Assembly: GCA_000002445.1 (NCBI GenBank)
Contig: CP000071.1
Span: forward strand, 1,344,001 to 1,408,000
Source of the DNA: Trypanosoma brucei
Taxonomy: Eukaryota
DNA: 64,000 nt
Direction: 5' to 3'
A program made the position numbers and the translations under genes. The notes below the pieces were generated by a model. The model saw only the letters and a list, made by a program, of their open reading frames with translations. It was not told where the DNA came from and ran no database searches. Positions 1-11,518 of this stretch are shown in pieces (the first letter of the stretch is position 1; the number at the start of each line of letters is the position of its first letter).

Positions 1-3000
1 ACTCACACCATTACTACCAAATACCTCCATAATCGCCCAAACCTTCCATTTTTTTTTACCCCTCCGTTCACAATTCCGTTCATTTTGACTTTGCTTTCAT
101 TTGGTATTAATATATATATATATATAAATATAAACCACCTGAATGTCCTTTCATTGGATCACTCAGTTTGGCAGTTTTGCTTCCACCTTATTTTTGCCTT
201 TTTTTTTTCCCTTCCCCCCTCCCTTTCCCTCTTTTATCTCAAGTCCCTTTCGATTTTTTTCTTTTTTTCTTTCTTTTTTTTTTTTTGCTGTTCTTTTTAA
301 TACTTCCCTCCTCCCTCCCTCCCCTCTCCCTCCAAAAAAACATTCTTGTGGAAGACCGCACGCATACATCACTCAACGTTCCTAAATTTTACCCCCTTTT
401 CTACTTGTTTTCTTTTCTTTTTTTTTCTTCTTCTTCTTCTTCGTACCCCCGTCCCTCTTATATAACAAAACAAACGAAAAATGAAATTAAGAGGTTTTAA
501 AAAAGAAAAACTAAACTTCATTTGCGCCATTTATTCCCTTTTCATCCCTCAAATCTTGTTTTTTTTTTAAACCCGGTGGTCTGTTCACAGGCAGATACGA
601 ACACACACACGTCTCCACCCCTTCCCAAACAAACAAACGCCTTATTCCTCTCGAGATAACTCTCTCTCTCTCTTTTTTTCTTTTTTTTTCTTGCTCCATT
701 TTTTATTTTATTATTATTATTATTATTTTTTTTTTTGTACTTCATGTGGTTTCTTCCACGTGACATCTTTACCATACGAAATGCCTTATTTTTTCTCTCC
801 TTTTCCCAAATACGCCAACAAACACACATATTCATTTTGTCTTTCTCATATTTCATTCAACAGCCTCCTTTTGTCGTTCTCTTCTTCTTCCTTTTTTTTT
901 GTTTTTTTTTCCCTAACGACACACAACAGAGAGAGAGAGAGGAAGAAAAAAAAAATCGAAAAGAAAAAAGAAAGGAAAAGTGGTGATGAAAAGGAAAAAC
1001 AAAACAAAACAAAGAAAGAAAGAAAGACGAAAAAGGAATCACACCACCGCGCGCGAAACAGTAACAATAATAATAATAAAGCAAAGCAAAGCAAAAAAAA
1101 GAAAAAAGAAAAAAGAAAAAAGAAAAAAAAGAAAAACAAATTGCACGAAAAGAGATAAATAAGCCAGAAAGTGGGCAGATGATAAGAGCGGGGAATGGAG
1201 AGAAGGAGGCACACCATCAGTGCGAAAGATCACGGGAAACAAACTTGCTAAAAGTAAAAAAAAAAAAGAAACAAACAAAAAAAAAATTAAATCATGGGAT
1301 GAAAGGGGGGGGGGCGAAGCAAAAAAAGAAAAAGAAAAAGAAAAGTTTGTTTTCCTTTTATTTTCTTTCTGATGCTCAGTTCCTTTCCCTTTGTTTTGTT
1401 TTTAGCTTGCTTTTTCTTTTTTTTTTTGCATCAACGTCTCTCGTCACCGTTCGTTTTCCTTCACATATTTCACCACTTCCGTCACTTACTCACACAAACA
1501 CACTCCCCTCTTGAAGGAAGTGAAGTAAATGAAGAAAAAAGAAAAGAAAAGAAAGAAAGAAACCAAGTGAAGAGAAAGGTAAAAACTTGACCAACGGAGG
1601 GGAGAAGAAAAAGAAAGAAAAATGTGGAAAACATTTATATATATATATATATATATATTCTTTCTTTTCATTTATTAATTTAAATATAAGAACAACAGTA
1701 AATTTTTTAAAAAATCATCTCCGTCGCCGCCGACATTCTTCTTCGCTTCCCACCAGAAACATAGAAAAAGTTATTTCAACAAAACCACTAGCCGAAGCGC
1801 ATTGTCACAAAAAGGCCGAGGAAAGGAAGAAAAAAAATAAAATAAAATAAAAGAAATGAGGTACTTTGCACGCCCTAAAAAAGAGTCGCTAATAACCTGC
1901 AGATCCCACAAGCGAGAATAAACCAAACAGACAGAGAGCAGGAACGGGCACGCCCACCTTTGCCTGTCATTTTGACTCCTCTCGTTCCCGTCACTCAATA
2001 CAAAACCAAAACAAAACAACAACGCCATAATCATAATTATAACAAACCTCTTCCAATGAAGTTTCCCACCAACTCGTTCACGCACCTCGAAACGCGTTCC
2101 CGCTGGCGCTTCGAAGGAAATAACTTTCATGTGACCTCATTTTCTCTCTTCCCCTTCCTTCCTTCCTTCCTAATCCTAATCCTAACCCTAACCCCATTTC
2201 ATTTCATTTCATTGATTCTGCCGCTTCTCCTCTTTTCTCCTCTCCTTCCCTTCCCTTCCTTCCCCTTCTTTTTTTTTCTTTCTCACTATTTTATTTATTA
2301 AAATTCCCATGTATCATTTACACACACAGCTTTATTACCTCCCCCCTTTTTATCTTTTTTTTTGTTGTTTCCGTTGCATTACCAACTCCAATTATAATCG
2401 CTTCTATATTTACCCTTTTTGACACGTTACCTCTTCCATACACACATGCATATACACATATATAAATATATAAATATATAAATATATATGTGTTTACCCG
2501 CGTCTCTCTCTCTCTCTCGTTGTGTGTGCACGTGTCCCATTTCCTCTTTCTTAACTTCCCTTTGTCTTTTTACCTGCTCCCCTTTCTCTTTCTTTTTTTT
2601 TCTATCTTCTCTGTCTCTTCTTGCCGCCCCTCCATTACCTATGATAACATTTATTCACGATCTTAAAGTTAGCAGAGAAAACGAAGGCCCCTCCCCCCCC
2701 CCCTAAAAAAAAAAAAGAGAGAGAGAAGAATGGAAAAGGAATGCGGTTAAAAAAGTAAAACATCCATGGCTGCAACCACTGACCGCTACGTGCATACACA
2801 TCTACACACGGAAATACGTACGGAAAACGGCATCATCACCACACATGAGGCTGGAGCATAGCGCGAGGATTTACATTATATTATTATATATATATATTTT
2901 TTTCTCCTTCGTTCAATTTCTCCCAACTCTCGTGGCCCTCCCGTTTGCGCCATCAAATAACATTTTATACTCATCCTTCCATCTCAACGTACCTTCTCTT
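1..3000. repeat. Long low-complexity intergenic/UTR region with (TA)n, (CT)n, (GA)n, poly-C and poly-T runs and alternating polypyrimidine/polypurine blocks. It lies downstream (3') of the PBP1-like gene in the minus-strand transcription unit.
   Basis: Direct reading: (TA)n at ~105-130, 1636-1660 and 2459-2490; CT-rich blocks at 150-460 and 2140-2700; AG-rich at 900-1340; C-run at ~2690-2703. All six-frame ORFs here are F/L/S/P/K-rich translations of these tracts. Confidence 0.6.
2168..2195. repeat. Short interstitial telomere-like hexamer repeat (CCTAAT CCTAAT CCTAAC CCTAAC CCC), followed by (ATTTC)3.
   Basis: Seen directly: cctaatcctaatcctaaccctaacccc; the minus strand reads GGGTTAGGGTTAGGATTAGGATTAGG. 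Confidence 0.5.
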
Positions 3001-3028
3001 CTATTCTTCGCGGTATTTACACCCACGT

Positions 3029-4681
3029 CTATTTCCCAACTCGTTTCTTCGGCCCGCCAGTTGCGTTGGTTGTAGCACCGGAGTCACCATCCATATCACC
3101 TTTTGTAAAGGCTGCCATGCCGCGACCACGCTGCAGCTTCGCGGGAGGTTTCACCTCATTTGGTGCGCTATCAACTGTGGGCACTGGTGGAGGTGAAGAT
3201 GCGGTATTGGCACTGACGGGTTGTTGTGGCTCTACACGAGAGGCCCCTCCGCCTTTCCCCTGCCGCATTCCAGGTCGCGAAACAACGCCCTGTTGCCCCT
3301 TGTGTGGAGCATATTCTTGAATAGGCGGGTTGTGGTGTTGTGACGAGTAGTTACCCATGCCGTGGAAGGCCTGGTGGTGATGCATCTCATGATGGAACCC
3401 CTGTCCTTGCATATGGTGCATAGGCATCGATTGGTTATGAGGAACGCGGCCAAGGGGGCCCTGGTATCCTCTGTGCGCATTGGGTATGTTGGGTTGGGAG
3501 TTCACGTACATGTGCATGTTCATGCTATGGCTAGGTGGCATGGCAGCAGCCTCATAGTTTTGCTGCGAGTAGGACGAGTCATCCTGGTCATAGAAAAGGT
3601 TGCACATACCCGGCCAATGTGGCTCACAGTCGTAGCACATATCGTTGTTCGAAATGGCATCAGCTAAGCTTGCTAGGAAGTCCACAACAGGGACGGCAGC
3701 TCCGGGTTTCATTGGTGTATAGGGAGCCGCCGCGGGGTTGAACCCAGCTGCCGTCTGGTTAGCGTCATACTGCATATGATGCGGATCTTCGTTCATCCGC
3801 TTGTGTCGCATCGAGCCATCATCTGCCATACTTGTGGCAGCTGGTGGTGGTGGAGGAGCGGCGGCAGCAGGCGCAGCGGCAGGAGGAGCCGCAGCGGGAG
3901 CGGGAGCAGCGGCAGGAGCCGTGGTGGGAGCCGTAGCGGGAGCGGCGGCGGCGGGGACGGGTGGGGGTTCATTGACAAGTTTCCTCCCGCCAGTGCTCGG
4001 TGGCACGTACGGAGGCTTTTTTTCCTGTGGTCGGTGGACATCCGAGTAGAGCTGCCCCTCATCGAGACCTTCATCGTCGTGAAGGCACTCTTCCCGTTCC
4101 ATCCTGTGAGCGATACCTCGTGTGGATGAACTTTCGATTTCGCGTGCGAGACGATCTGCCTGTGCCCGCTGTTCCTCTGTTATTTTACTGTGGTCCAAAC
4201 GGGTTGTGTAGAACTCTTCCTTGTATGTTGTCTTTACGCCAAAGGACTTCTCATTTGCCTCGAACTGATTCCAAGTACCAGTCTGATGAGGTTCACTCTC
4301 CAACAGCTCACTAACACCGTCATCAGCCCAATCAAACTTGGTGGCACTGAAGTCAGCGCGGCCGGTGTCGGGACGACCAGGCGTCTCGGTGCGAATCTTT
4401 GCATTCTGGACCTCAATCATCACTATGCTCTGATAAGGAATGAACAGGTCATCGGTGAAGTTAACACACGATGGAGAAAGCGGCGACCGTTTGGCGGATG
4501 CAAGGTTTCGGGTGCAACAAATCATAATGCCTGCATCCGTTTCCGCGTCGACATCTGTGCAGGCCACAAATAGACCCTCAACGCACATGTCATCCACCAG
4601 TCGTACCTGCACCACCTGGCCGACTAGGTTCAGGTAGAGGTATTCCAGGCGCTCCATGTTGCTGCTATGAGACCCCTCCAT
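3029..4681 (-). CDS. PBP1: Ataxin-2/PBP1-like RNA-binding protein (PABP-binding protein 1 homologue): N-terminal LSm-like domain, LsmAD domain, Pro/Ala-rich linker, Q/H/M-rich low-complexity C-terminus.
   Basis: 550-aa ORF with ATG verified at 4681-4679. The segment WNQFEANEKSFGVKTTYKEEFYTT matches the conserved LsmAD motif of ataxin-2/Pbp1. The N-terminal ~90 aa (LNLVGQVVQVRLVDDMCVEGLF...) fits an Sm fold. A long (PAAAAPA)n-type tract follows, then a His/Gln/Met-rich tail. The symbol comes from a remembered T. brucei PBP1 of about this size. Confidence 0.6.
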   Translation of the reverse strand: MEGSHSSNMERLEYLYLNLVGQVVQVRLVDDMCVEGLFVACTDVDAETDAGIMICCTRNLASAKRSPLSPSCVNFTDDLFIPYQSIVMIEVQNAKIRTETPGRPDTGRADFSATKFDWADDGVSELLESEPHQTGTWNQFEANEKSFGVKTTYKEEFYTTRLDHSKITEEQRAQADRLAREIESSSTRGIAHRMEREECLHDDEGLDEGQLYSDVHRPQEKKPPYVPPSTGGRKLVNEPPPVPAAAAPATAPTTAPAAAPAPAAAPPAAAPAAAAPPPPPAATSMADDGSMRHKRMNEDPHHMQYDANQTAAGFNPAAAPYTPMKPGAAVPVVDFLASLADAISNNDMCYDCEPHWPGMCNLFYDQDDSSYSQQNYEAAAMPPSHSMNMHMYVNSQPNIPNAHRGYQGPLGRVPHNQSMPMHHMQGQGFHHEMHHHQAFHGMGNYSSQHHNPPIQEYAPHKGQQGVVSRPGMRQGKGGGASRVEPQQPVSANTASSPPPVPTVDSAPNEVKPPAKLQRGRGMAAFTKGDMDGDSGATTNATGGPKKRVGK

Positions 4682-5288
4682 TTACTTAACTTTTGATGTT
4701 GCCGTCTTTTCTCCGCTCCTCAATTTCCGTTGGTCGTTTACGAAACAAGATACAAACCTCTGTTAGGCGCCTCTCGTACTCTCCTGTAAGGAATTATAGA
4801 ATTTATGATATTCTATTTTCTTCAGCTCCTCCGCGCGGGCGCAAACGAAAAAATATGTCCTCCACCTTCCTGTTCCTCTCCTCTTCGCTTAACGGCACGC
4901 TTTTCTTCCTCAGGCTTCCCTAGCTCTCACCTCTCGCGGTTGAATTTTTTTTTTCTCCTCCTCTTCTTATGACAGTTTAGTTACGAGGGGGAAACAGTGA
5001 GAAAAAGAAAATATAAAATAATAGGGAAAAACGAGTTCACTAACCTTCTTTACCCCCTTTTTGGTGCGGTTTCACCTCAGCTAGAAGCCTGTCGGAAGCA
5101 AGCACACAAAACAAAAAAAAGGAATTTAAAAAAGAACAAAAAACCTACAGCTTACTATTGCGTTCTATGATCCTTTTTGTAACGGTTTGGGTGGGTGAGC
5201 AACAAGAGAGAGAGAGGAAAAAGGGAGGTAGATAAAAGGGCAGCAACAAAAACAAAAAGAGGACAACAAAGCGGTGTCCCTCCCCTCG

Positions 5289-5319
5289 CACACACACACA
5301 CACACACACAACAACAACA
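5289..5319. repeat. (CA)11 microsatellite followed by (ACA)3.
   Basis: Seen directly in the intergenic region between the PBP1-like and next upstream gene. Confidence 0.8.
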
Positions 5320-5439
5320 GGGGCCATAAGCACTAGGGAAGTCATATATTATGTATAAATATATATGTTTGCGATTATGCAAGAGTATATATTTAATTCC
5401 CACGCAACAATTCCACAAAACACAATGCCGCTCCACTAC

Positions 5440-5991
5440 CTACAGGTACTTATCTAACGTCATCGCCTGTTTGTCCACGCGCTGCAACGGCGGATACAAC
5501 ATGGTACCCGCTGCGGGGAAAAGCACCCCTTGCAATTCTTCTCTGTCATAAACCTTGTTGCGAATGTTACTAAAGTCGTTACGTGCAGGATCCGTCATTT
5601 GTGGAATATCCGTATAAAGTTCCGGTATTACCCGCTGTTGCTCGCGTGGCACAAGGCGAAAGGGGATCTCAATCACTTCCCAATCTCGTTGCTTCCAGCG
5701 CTTGCGGAGCGTTTGCTGGGCGCACCACACATCCACATTGAACTGCACGGTGCGTGGGTCCTTTTTGAAGCGTCGGCCCTGTTTTTTTATATTAACTGGG
5801 CCAATTTCACGCAGGTAGGCGGTTCGTCCACCGAATCGGTTGGCATCATGCAACGGGGTGGTGTTGAAGGTGTGACGTTGACGGAACTGGAATGGTGGAT
5901 GGTCAAATTCTCCCGTTGACACCACCGCAACACTACATTGCAAAGCAGAGGAAGGATGGCTCAGAAAGAGACCATCCCTAACACGCCGCAT
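5440..5991 (-). CDS. Conserved hypothetical protein (183 aa, basic).
   Basis: ORF with ATG at 5991-5989, non-repetitive composition, same strand as neighbours. No recognisable domain. Confidence 0.5.
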   Translation of the reverse strand: MRRVRDGLFLSHPSSALQCSVAVVSTGEFDHPPFQFRQRHTFNTTPLHDANRFGGRTAYLREIGPVNIKKQGRRFKKDPRTVQFNVDVWCAQQTLRKRWKQRDWEVIEIPFRLVPREQQRVIPELYTDIPQMTDPARNDFSNIRNKVYDREELQGVLFPAAGTMLYPPLQRVDKQAMTLDKYL

Positions 5992-7073
5992 CGTTACCCG
6001 TCAGTGCTATGTTGGCTCGATGTTTTTGGTTTTGCCTACGTTTTGCCACTCCCACCCGCCCGCTCACTCAACACCCGGTAGAGTCAGAGAGCTGGTTTGC
6101 TGTATGCGACGTTTCTGCAAGGAGAACAAAATGGAAAGAAGAGAAGGTGGGTTGCACTATGAACAATATAAGAAGGCGCCGTAACATCCACACAACACAA
6201 CACACAAGGAAAGTAACGTTACGGGCATATTGGATACTATAGTTGCACGTTAGACGAATTTCTTTGAGTATATATATGTATATATATTACACAACACCGT
6301 GTATTTATCTCCCAAAACGTTAAAAATTGTACACACTCCACTCTGCCTGCATCAGCATATGAGAATCCCGTACTGAAAACTTGTCACTACTCCCATTCTT
6401 TTTGATGACTTCATGTGAAGCTAACCCCCAGAAATATCTCCATTCTACTTCACGATACCCTTTAATCCCACGCGCACTGTTCGTATAAAGATGTGAGCCT
6501 TTCTTTTCTCTCTTAACGCTTCACCATATTTTGACATTCTTTTTTCCTGCTGTGGTGACAGAAGATCGTTATATCATCACAATGACTATCCCAAAAATGC
6601 ACTCCGAGTCTTCGTAGCAAGTAACGCTTAACCGCTAAAGAGGAAAGAACTAGACTTCAAGAACACAAATATATGTATACGTACACATATATGCATATCT
6701 ATTTATTTATCACGACGAAATGAGATACTTATTCCAAGAACAAAATAAAACATGCCATTCACACTTCGCCTTGTCGCCTCCCCTTTCCTCCCCAAGTAAC
6801 TCTCGTCATTTGCACTCTGCCACATTTTGGTTGCCCTCATGCACACACTCAGCAATTTCACCAAGGGTACACCCCTTCCTTTCGTAAAATAGCGAGTAGT
6901 GTACAATAATTAAACAAACAGTGTTTACGACCATAATTGCCACGGTGTTGTGACTTCAGTGCCGGAGCATCAACTAGGCAGCGAGCAGGGGTGGGAACGG
7001 GAAAACCATATCATATTCCCCACTTGTGGATATCACGCGACGTGTGCAACCGACACTGATTGCAAATATGTTT

Positions 7074-10000
7074 CTACCAGCCGGTGACACTTTCCAACGC
7101 CTGAATAAGTGCGGGGATTGCTTGGAGACTGTAGCAATTCCCATTACATGCTGCCACGGCCTTCGCATTTCTCTTTTCATCAAGTTTATTCAACATATCA
7201 CCAAGCAACGAGCACAAGGACTTCGCCCCTATTGCTTTGTTACCCACGAGCATCCGGGCAACCGCGACTGCACCCCGAAGGGATATTGACAATGAATTGC
7301 GGTACACCCATTCGTGTGCACACCCGACCTTCCACGGGGTTAACGAATTCAGAAGCGCTTCATTTGTAGGGTCGTACGCAGCCTGTACACCTTTAAGGGC
7401 AACGGTGAGGTAAACTGCCCAGCTCCGCGCGAAACCAAGCGACCTGTGTTCCCTCACACCTTTCGTATCAGACAAACCCACTGCCACAAGAGCCATCTGC
7501 AGCTGGAACTCCAGTGGGTGGACGGTTCCGCTCAATTCCTTCGGCACACCGGCTCCCATTGAAACAGCGGAATCACCCCATTGATGGTGCAGCTCCTCCG
7601 ACCAGCGCTGCAGCGCCCCGTGTGGTGCCGTGCAGCTGAACAACCGCAAGACTTCCCACTGGAGCAGTGCACCGCATCCCGTCAACTCCGAAGCCCGCCG
7701 AAGCATCGAACAGATATTCCGCCCTTTGGGTCCATCACCCTGATGGCCGCTGGAGATAATGTGCGAAATCTGCCGACACGCATACATACGAAGAGCAAAC
7801 GCGAGTTTCTCTCTGGCCTCGCAGTGTGTGAAGTGGTCAACTGCCTGTCGGTAGAAGGAGTCCTCTTCGGGTGAGAGTGGTCGGGTGTCACCCATGGCTA
7901 GAGGCTGCTGTAGTGTGTTGGTCACAGTCGGTGATGTAAGACGCAACTTTAAGTTAGCCATGCGAAGGAACGTCTCACCCAGGGAGTACCGTACATCCTT
8001 GAGCGTTACGGCTGTGGAAGAAGTACAGCACTCACCGAGGGACGAATCCACTACTGCATCTTCCGCTACCTTGAACAGCGACTGCGCGCGGTGCAGCGAA
8101 TCCAGTGCCTTGGTATAACGATCGGTGAGTAGGTAATGGTGCCCGACATGATAATAAACCTGTGAAGTTTTCGCCAGAAGTCGTTTTGATTGCACACCCA
8201 CCTTCGTGATAAACCTCAAGGCCGTGTACGAAAGTGAAACTATGTCATAAGTGATAGAGGACAGCCACGTCAACACAGACTCACCAACAGCGGAGGTGCC
8301 GATAGCACCACGTATATCGGCAACCTCACTGCGTAGTTCCTCACGTGTCTTGATGCGACGGCTGAGTTCAACGAGAACGTTTGCTGTGAAAGGCGTTGGG
8401 TCGCTCATAGCCAAAAGAACAACATCTGCGTAGAGCTCCCACAGAGTCTTCACGAGCGGTGTAATATCAATAATGTCTGTTTTCGTGTCAATTAGCGCGT
8501 GCTCCTTCACCACATCGCACGCAGGTACGCAATGCACGAGTTCCATTCCACTTGCCACTGCCACTTTCATATTCTCCAACCGTAACAAACCCTCTACAAC
8601 CACCTGCAGAAGGTCCTTCGCAACGAGGCTGTGAATATGCACGTCGCTGCTTTTGCCGCACCCCGCCTTCAACCGCAAGTATGTGGCTCGCTCTACGCAA
8701 AACTGTTCAATAGCACATACCACACACACACAAAGCGCCGCGCTACACGGCAGAAGACATTGCAGAAGGGAACGACGCGTGGGAAGAGGCAGAGACTCAT
8801 CGACCACAGACTCTTGCAAACGAATTCCAAAGCGACCACACGTGATAAAAACCTCACGGCATATTTCGGGTAGTTGTATGATGCCGCCTTCTCCCTCGAG
8901 AGCGGCCTTCTTATTGCGGATGACAAGACCCACAAGATCTGGAAGCACCTTTAGGATGTCGCAGATGTGGGGACAAGCTTCCTCCACCCTCCTCCGTTGC
9001 ATAAAGTACACGGCAAAACTCCGGAGAAGAAGGGACAATGCGTCTGGGGCCTTATCCACGGAATCCTTGAGATGCATTCCCATACGGAAACACATTGTGG
9101 CCAACCCCCAATTCAACCGCTCATTCTCCTCGCGTTGTCGACTTTCCTCCTCCGCTTGCTTTTTGGTGGCGGCGCTGCCGCTATCTCTGACCTCGTCATC
9201 CGAGACGGTGCCGTCCTCCGGCAAGAAACGCTCCAAGTGGTCGTCCGTGAAACATTCGTAAACCTCCAGCGCCCCGGTTTCGTAGTTTTGAATCACGGCG
9301 TATGTCGCACCGTCCTTCTTGCACTGAGTCATCAACCACTGCAAGACGGTTGTTGTAAAGTTCATAGCTGTAGCGGCCATCCGGCGCTCAACCAGTCCGA
9401 GCATCTCCTGTGCTTTCCTAACCTCATATCCTTGAACAATGCCATCATGGTGAACGTATACACCAACATGTGGAACGTTGGCGAGGGTTGCCTCAAACCA
9501 AGTGTTAAGTGCTTCGTGCTGCGACTCTTCCGGGGTCGTTGGAATGGATGTGTCCCTCAGGCTCAGCACATGCTCCGTGTTATCTCTTCCGTCAATCACA
9601 ACAGGTGTGTCAACACCGACTAACGCATCCATTGCACCGATTTCCCAATGCAATATATGTGAGTACCGACTCAGCTCGTGAACACGCTTGGTGAGGTTGG
9701 CGGAACCGATTCGGTGCATTGGCAGCGCCACAACACCCTGGCCACTGGGGTTTGAAGCGCTAACGCCTTCCATATGTTGTTTGGTGATGGCCCCGCCCAA
9801 AATACGGTAGAGCGCCTTCCCGAGTAGTGACTTCATACGCATATCCCGCACCCCTGACCGCATCACTTCTTCGCCGTGTGAATCAACCAACAAAGTTGGA
9901 CCAACACGCCGCACCTGCAGCACAAGCGTCCGATCATCAGAATACGACGCTCTGAAAACACTACGCAGTGCCTCACCAGTAGAGAGTACGAGAACTCTAT

Positions 10001-10850
10001 CCTCTCCACCTCGCCATTCTCTCACAGCGCACGAAAGTAACGAGCGCTTCGCCGCGCCCTCATCACGTCCAAACCCCGGTACGTACTGATGCACGTTATA
10101 CATTGGGTCTGGGACAAGATAGTTCCACGGTGGCTGGTCAAGATCAGTCCCACTGGCCAGTGGCAACGGCATGGGAAGAGGTGGAACACCCTCAACGCGT
10201 CTAACAAAACTTCCGCGGAGTGCCCCGCTTTGCGCACTGGCTTTTAACGGCATCGATCCTCTAAACGGACGTTCCCGATCGCCTTCTGAGATCACAACGA
10301 GGGATTGCTCCTCTTCCGCATATAACCCCGATGACGATGGATTCGGAACCGGCGTGACTTCCTGGAGTTGGTGCTGAGATGGAGAATTTCCCACATCGGA
10401 AGAGTCCTTGCATGTGCGAAGCAGTTCGGAGGGCAATGTCCGGAAGAAAAAGTCAAACTCCCACTTGCCCATTAAAACATGTTTACCTGCCTCTCGGTCA
10501 CCGCCACCCCCTGGCCGCCGGGGTTTATCAACAACGCTGACGGAAGAGATAACGTTACTGGCACTTTCACCACAGGTGCGATCACCAACCTTTCCGACGA
10601 CATCAAGGAGTTTCTGATCTCGCTCCTCCGCTAAACGTTTGCTTTCCTCCTTCTTCTGTTTGTCGTTATATCGCTTCACAGCCCGGCGATGTAACGCGCG
10701 CCTCGAGGGACGGAGAACTGTAGCAGTGACACCAACGGAAGGGCCGTCGTCCCCGTGATCATCCGTAGCAGTATTATGGATATTAATGTTTGCTCGCCCA
10801 GCGACAGGCTTTGTTCCCTCTCTCGACATGCTTAGGCCTGTCAAGGTCAT
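7074..10850 (-). CDS. Large hypothetical protein (~1258 aa), mostly alpha-helical/non-repetitive; no firm domain call.
   Basis: The 1307-aa ORF in the track starts with GTG (10997-10995) and runs through a pyrimidine tract. The first in-frame ATG is at 10850-10848 (MTLTGLSMSREG...). Complex composition holds throughout. Confidence 0.7.
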   Translation of the reverse strand: MTLTGLSMSREGTKPVAGRANINIHNTATDDHGDDGPSVGVTATVLRPSRRALHRRAVKRYNDKQKKEESKRLAEERDQKLLDVVGKVGDRTCGESASNVISSVSVVDKPRRPGGGGDREAGKHVLMGKWEFDFFFRTLPSELLRTCKDSSDVGNSPSQHQLQEVTPVPNPSSSGLYAEEEQSLVVISEGDRERPFRGSMPLKASAQSGALRGSFVRRVEGVPPLPMPLPLASGTDLDQPPWNYLVPDPMYNVHQYVPGFGRDEGAAKRSLLSCAVREWRGGEDRVLVLSTGEALRSVFRASYSDDRTLVLQVRRVGPTLLVDSHGEEVMRSGVRDMRMKSLLGKALYRILGGAITKQHMEGVSASNPSGQGVVALPMHRIGSANLTKRVHELSRYSHILHWEIGAMDALVGVDTPVVIDGRDNTEHVLSLRDTSIPTTPEESQHEALNTWFEATLANVPHVGVYVHHDGIVQGYEVRKAQEMLGLVERRMAATAMNFTTTVLQWLMTQCKKDGATYAVIQNYETGALEVYECFTDDHLERFLPEDGTVSDDEVRDSGSAATKKQAEEESRQREENERLNWGLATMCFRMGMHLKDSVDKAPDALSLLLRSFAVYFMQRRRVEEACPHICDILKVLPDLVGLVIRNKKAALEGEGGIIQLPEICREVFITCGRFGIRLQESVVDESLPLPTRRSLLQCLLPCSAALCVCVVCAIEQFCVERATYLRLKAGCGKSSDVHIHSLVAKDLLQVVVEGLLRLENMKVAVASGMELVHCVPACDVVKEHALIDTKTDIIDITPLVKTLWELYADVVLLAMSDPTPFTANVLVELSRRIKTREELRSEVADIRGAIGTSAVGESVLTWLSSITYDIVSLSYTALRFITKVGVQSKRLLAKTSQVYYHVGHHYLLTDRYTKALDSLHRAQSLFKVAEDAVVDSSLGECCTSSTAVTLKDVRYSLGETFLRMANLKLRLTSPTVTNTLQQPLAMGDTRPLSPEEDSFYRQAVDHFTHCEAREKLAFALRMYACRQISHIISSGHQGDGPKGRNICSMLRRASELTGCGALLQWEVLRLFSCTAPHGALQRWSEELHHQWGDSAVSMGAGVPKELSGTVHPLEFQLQMALVAVGLSDTKGVREHRSLGFARSWAVYLTVALKGVQAAYDPTNEALLNSLTPWKVGCAHEWVYRNSLSISLRGAVAVARMLVGNKAIGAKSLCSLLGDMLNKLDEKRNAKAVAACNGNCYSLQAIPALIQALESVTGW

Positions 10851-11518
10851 AGTTGACCACCTAGGAGTACAAGAATGTGGAAAGGAAAAAACAAGGGAAA
10901 AGAGAGGTGACAAACGTGGGCGAGAGAGAGGAAAAAAGAAAAGAGAAGCGTGACGCAGGGAAGGAAAAAAAAAAGAGTGACTCAAGTTTGTTTCCACTCA
11001 CCCATCCACGCAAACTGAGTGCCGGTGTTAATTAATGACCGTACCGCAAGGTGGTCATCCAAATCGCAAGAAGAAGGACATAGGGTGCAAAGGGGGAAAA
11101 GAACAGATATGGAGAAATATATAGATGGAGGGGGAAGAGACTCCAAGTCATCGTAATAGCAACCGCTTAGGTACCGGCAAGAAAAGAATATTCTTCAAGT
11201 GTGGAATATTCCCTTTCTCAACGACGCCGACCGGCCAAACAAGCACAACATGAGCCCAGTGGCACAACTTGCTCCGGTAAATAGAGCGCCGACCTAGTCA
11301 TCGTTGGTCTCTCATATTTTCTACCCACAAGCATACGTTACATGTGCGCTAACGCGTTGACGTCCCACAACGCTGAACCTTATTCGGTTCTTGGGATCAG
11401 AGACTCTCTTCCCCAACTTCCCATCCGTTCTCACACGCACGTATACATTCATGCGCGTCTATGTATACGTACGTCAGCAATCATACCTCGGTGAAATGTG
11501 GGCTAAGTATTTGCGAAC

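Noticed and set aside
85-2706. Numerous 60-155 aa ORFs in the first 3 kb (e.g. 691-1158, 846-1217, 1960-2301).
   Set aside because: Products are homopolymeric (F, K, S, L, P runs) and derive from CT/GA/TA microsatellites and homopolymer tracts. No coding signal.
10851-10997. N-terminal extensions of track ORFs that start with GTG/TTG (also 12524-12529, 15968-16018, 17955-18005, 21245-21259, 24603-24719, 31527-31685, 32948-33268, 60233-60352).
   Set aside because: The first codon is not ATG when read from the sequence. The extensions are F/L/S/P/C-rich translations of minus-strand polypyrimidine tracts typical of trypanosome 5' flanks. A eukaryotic start was re-assigned to the first in-frame ATG.
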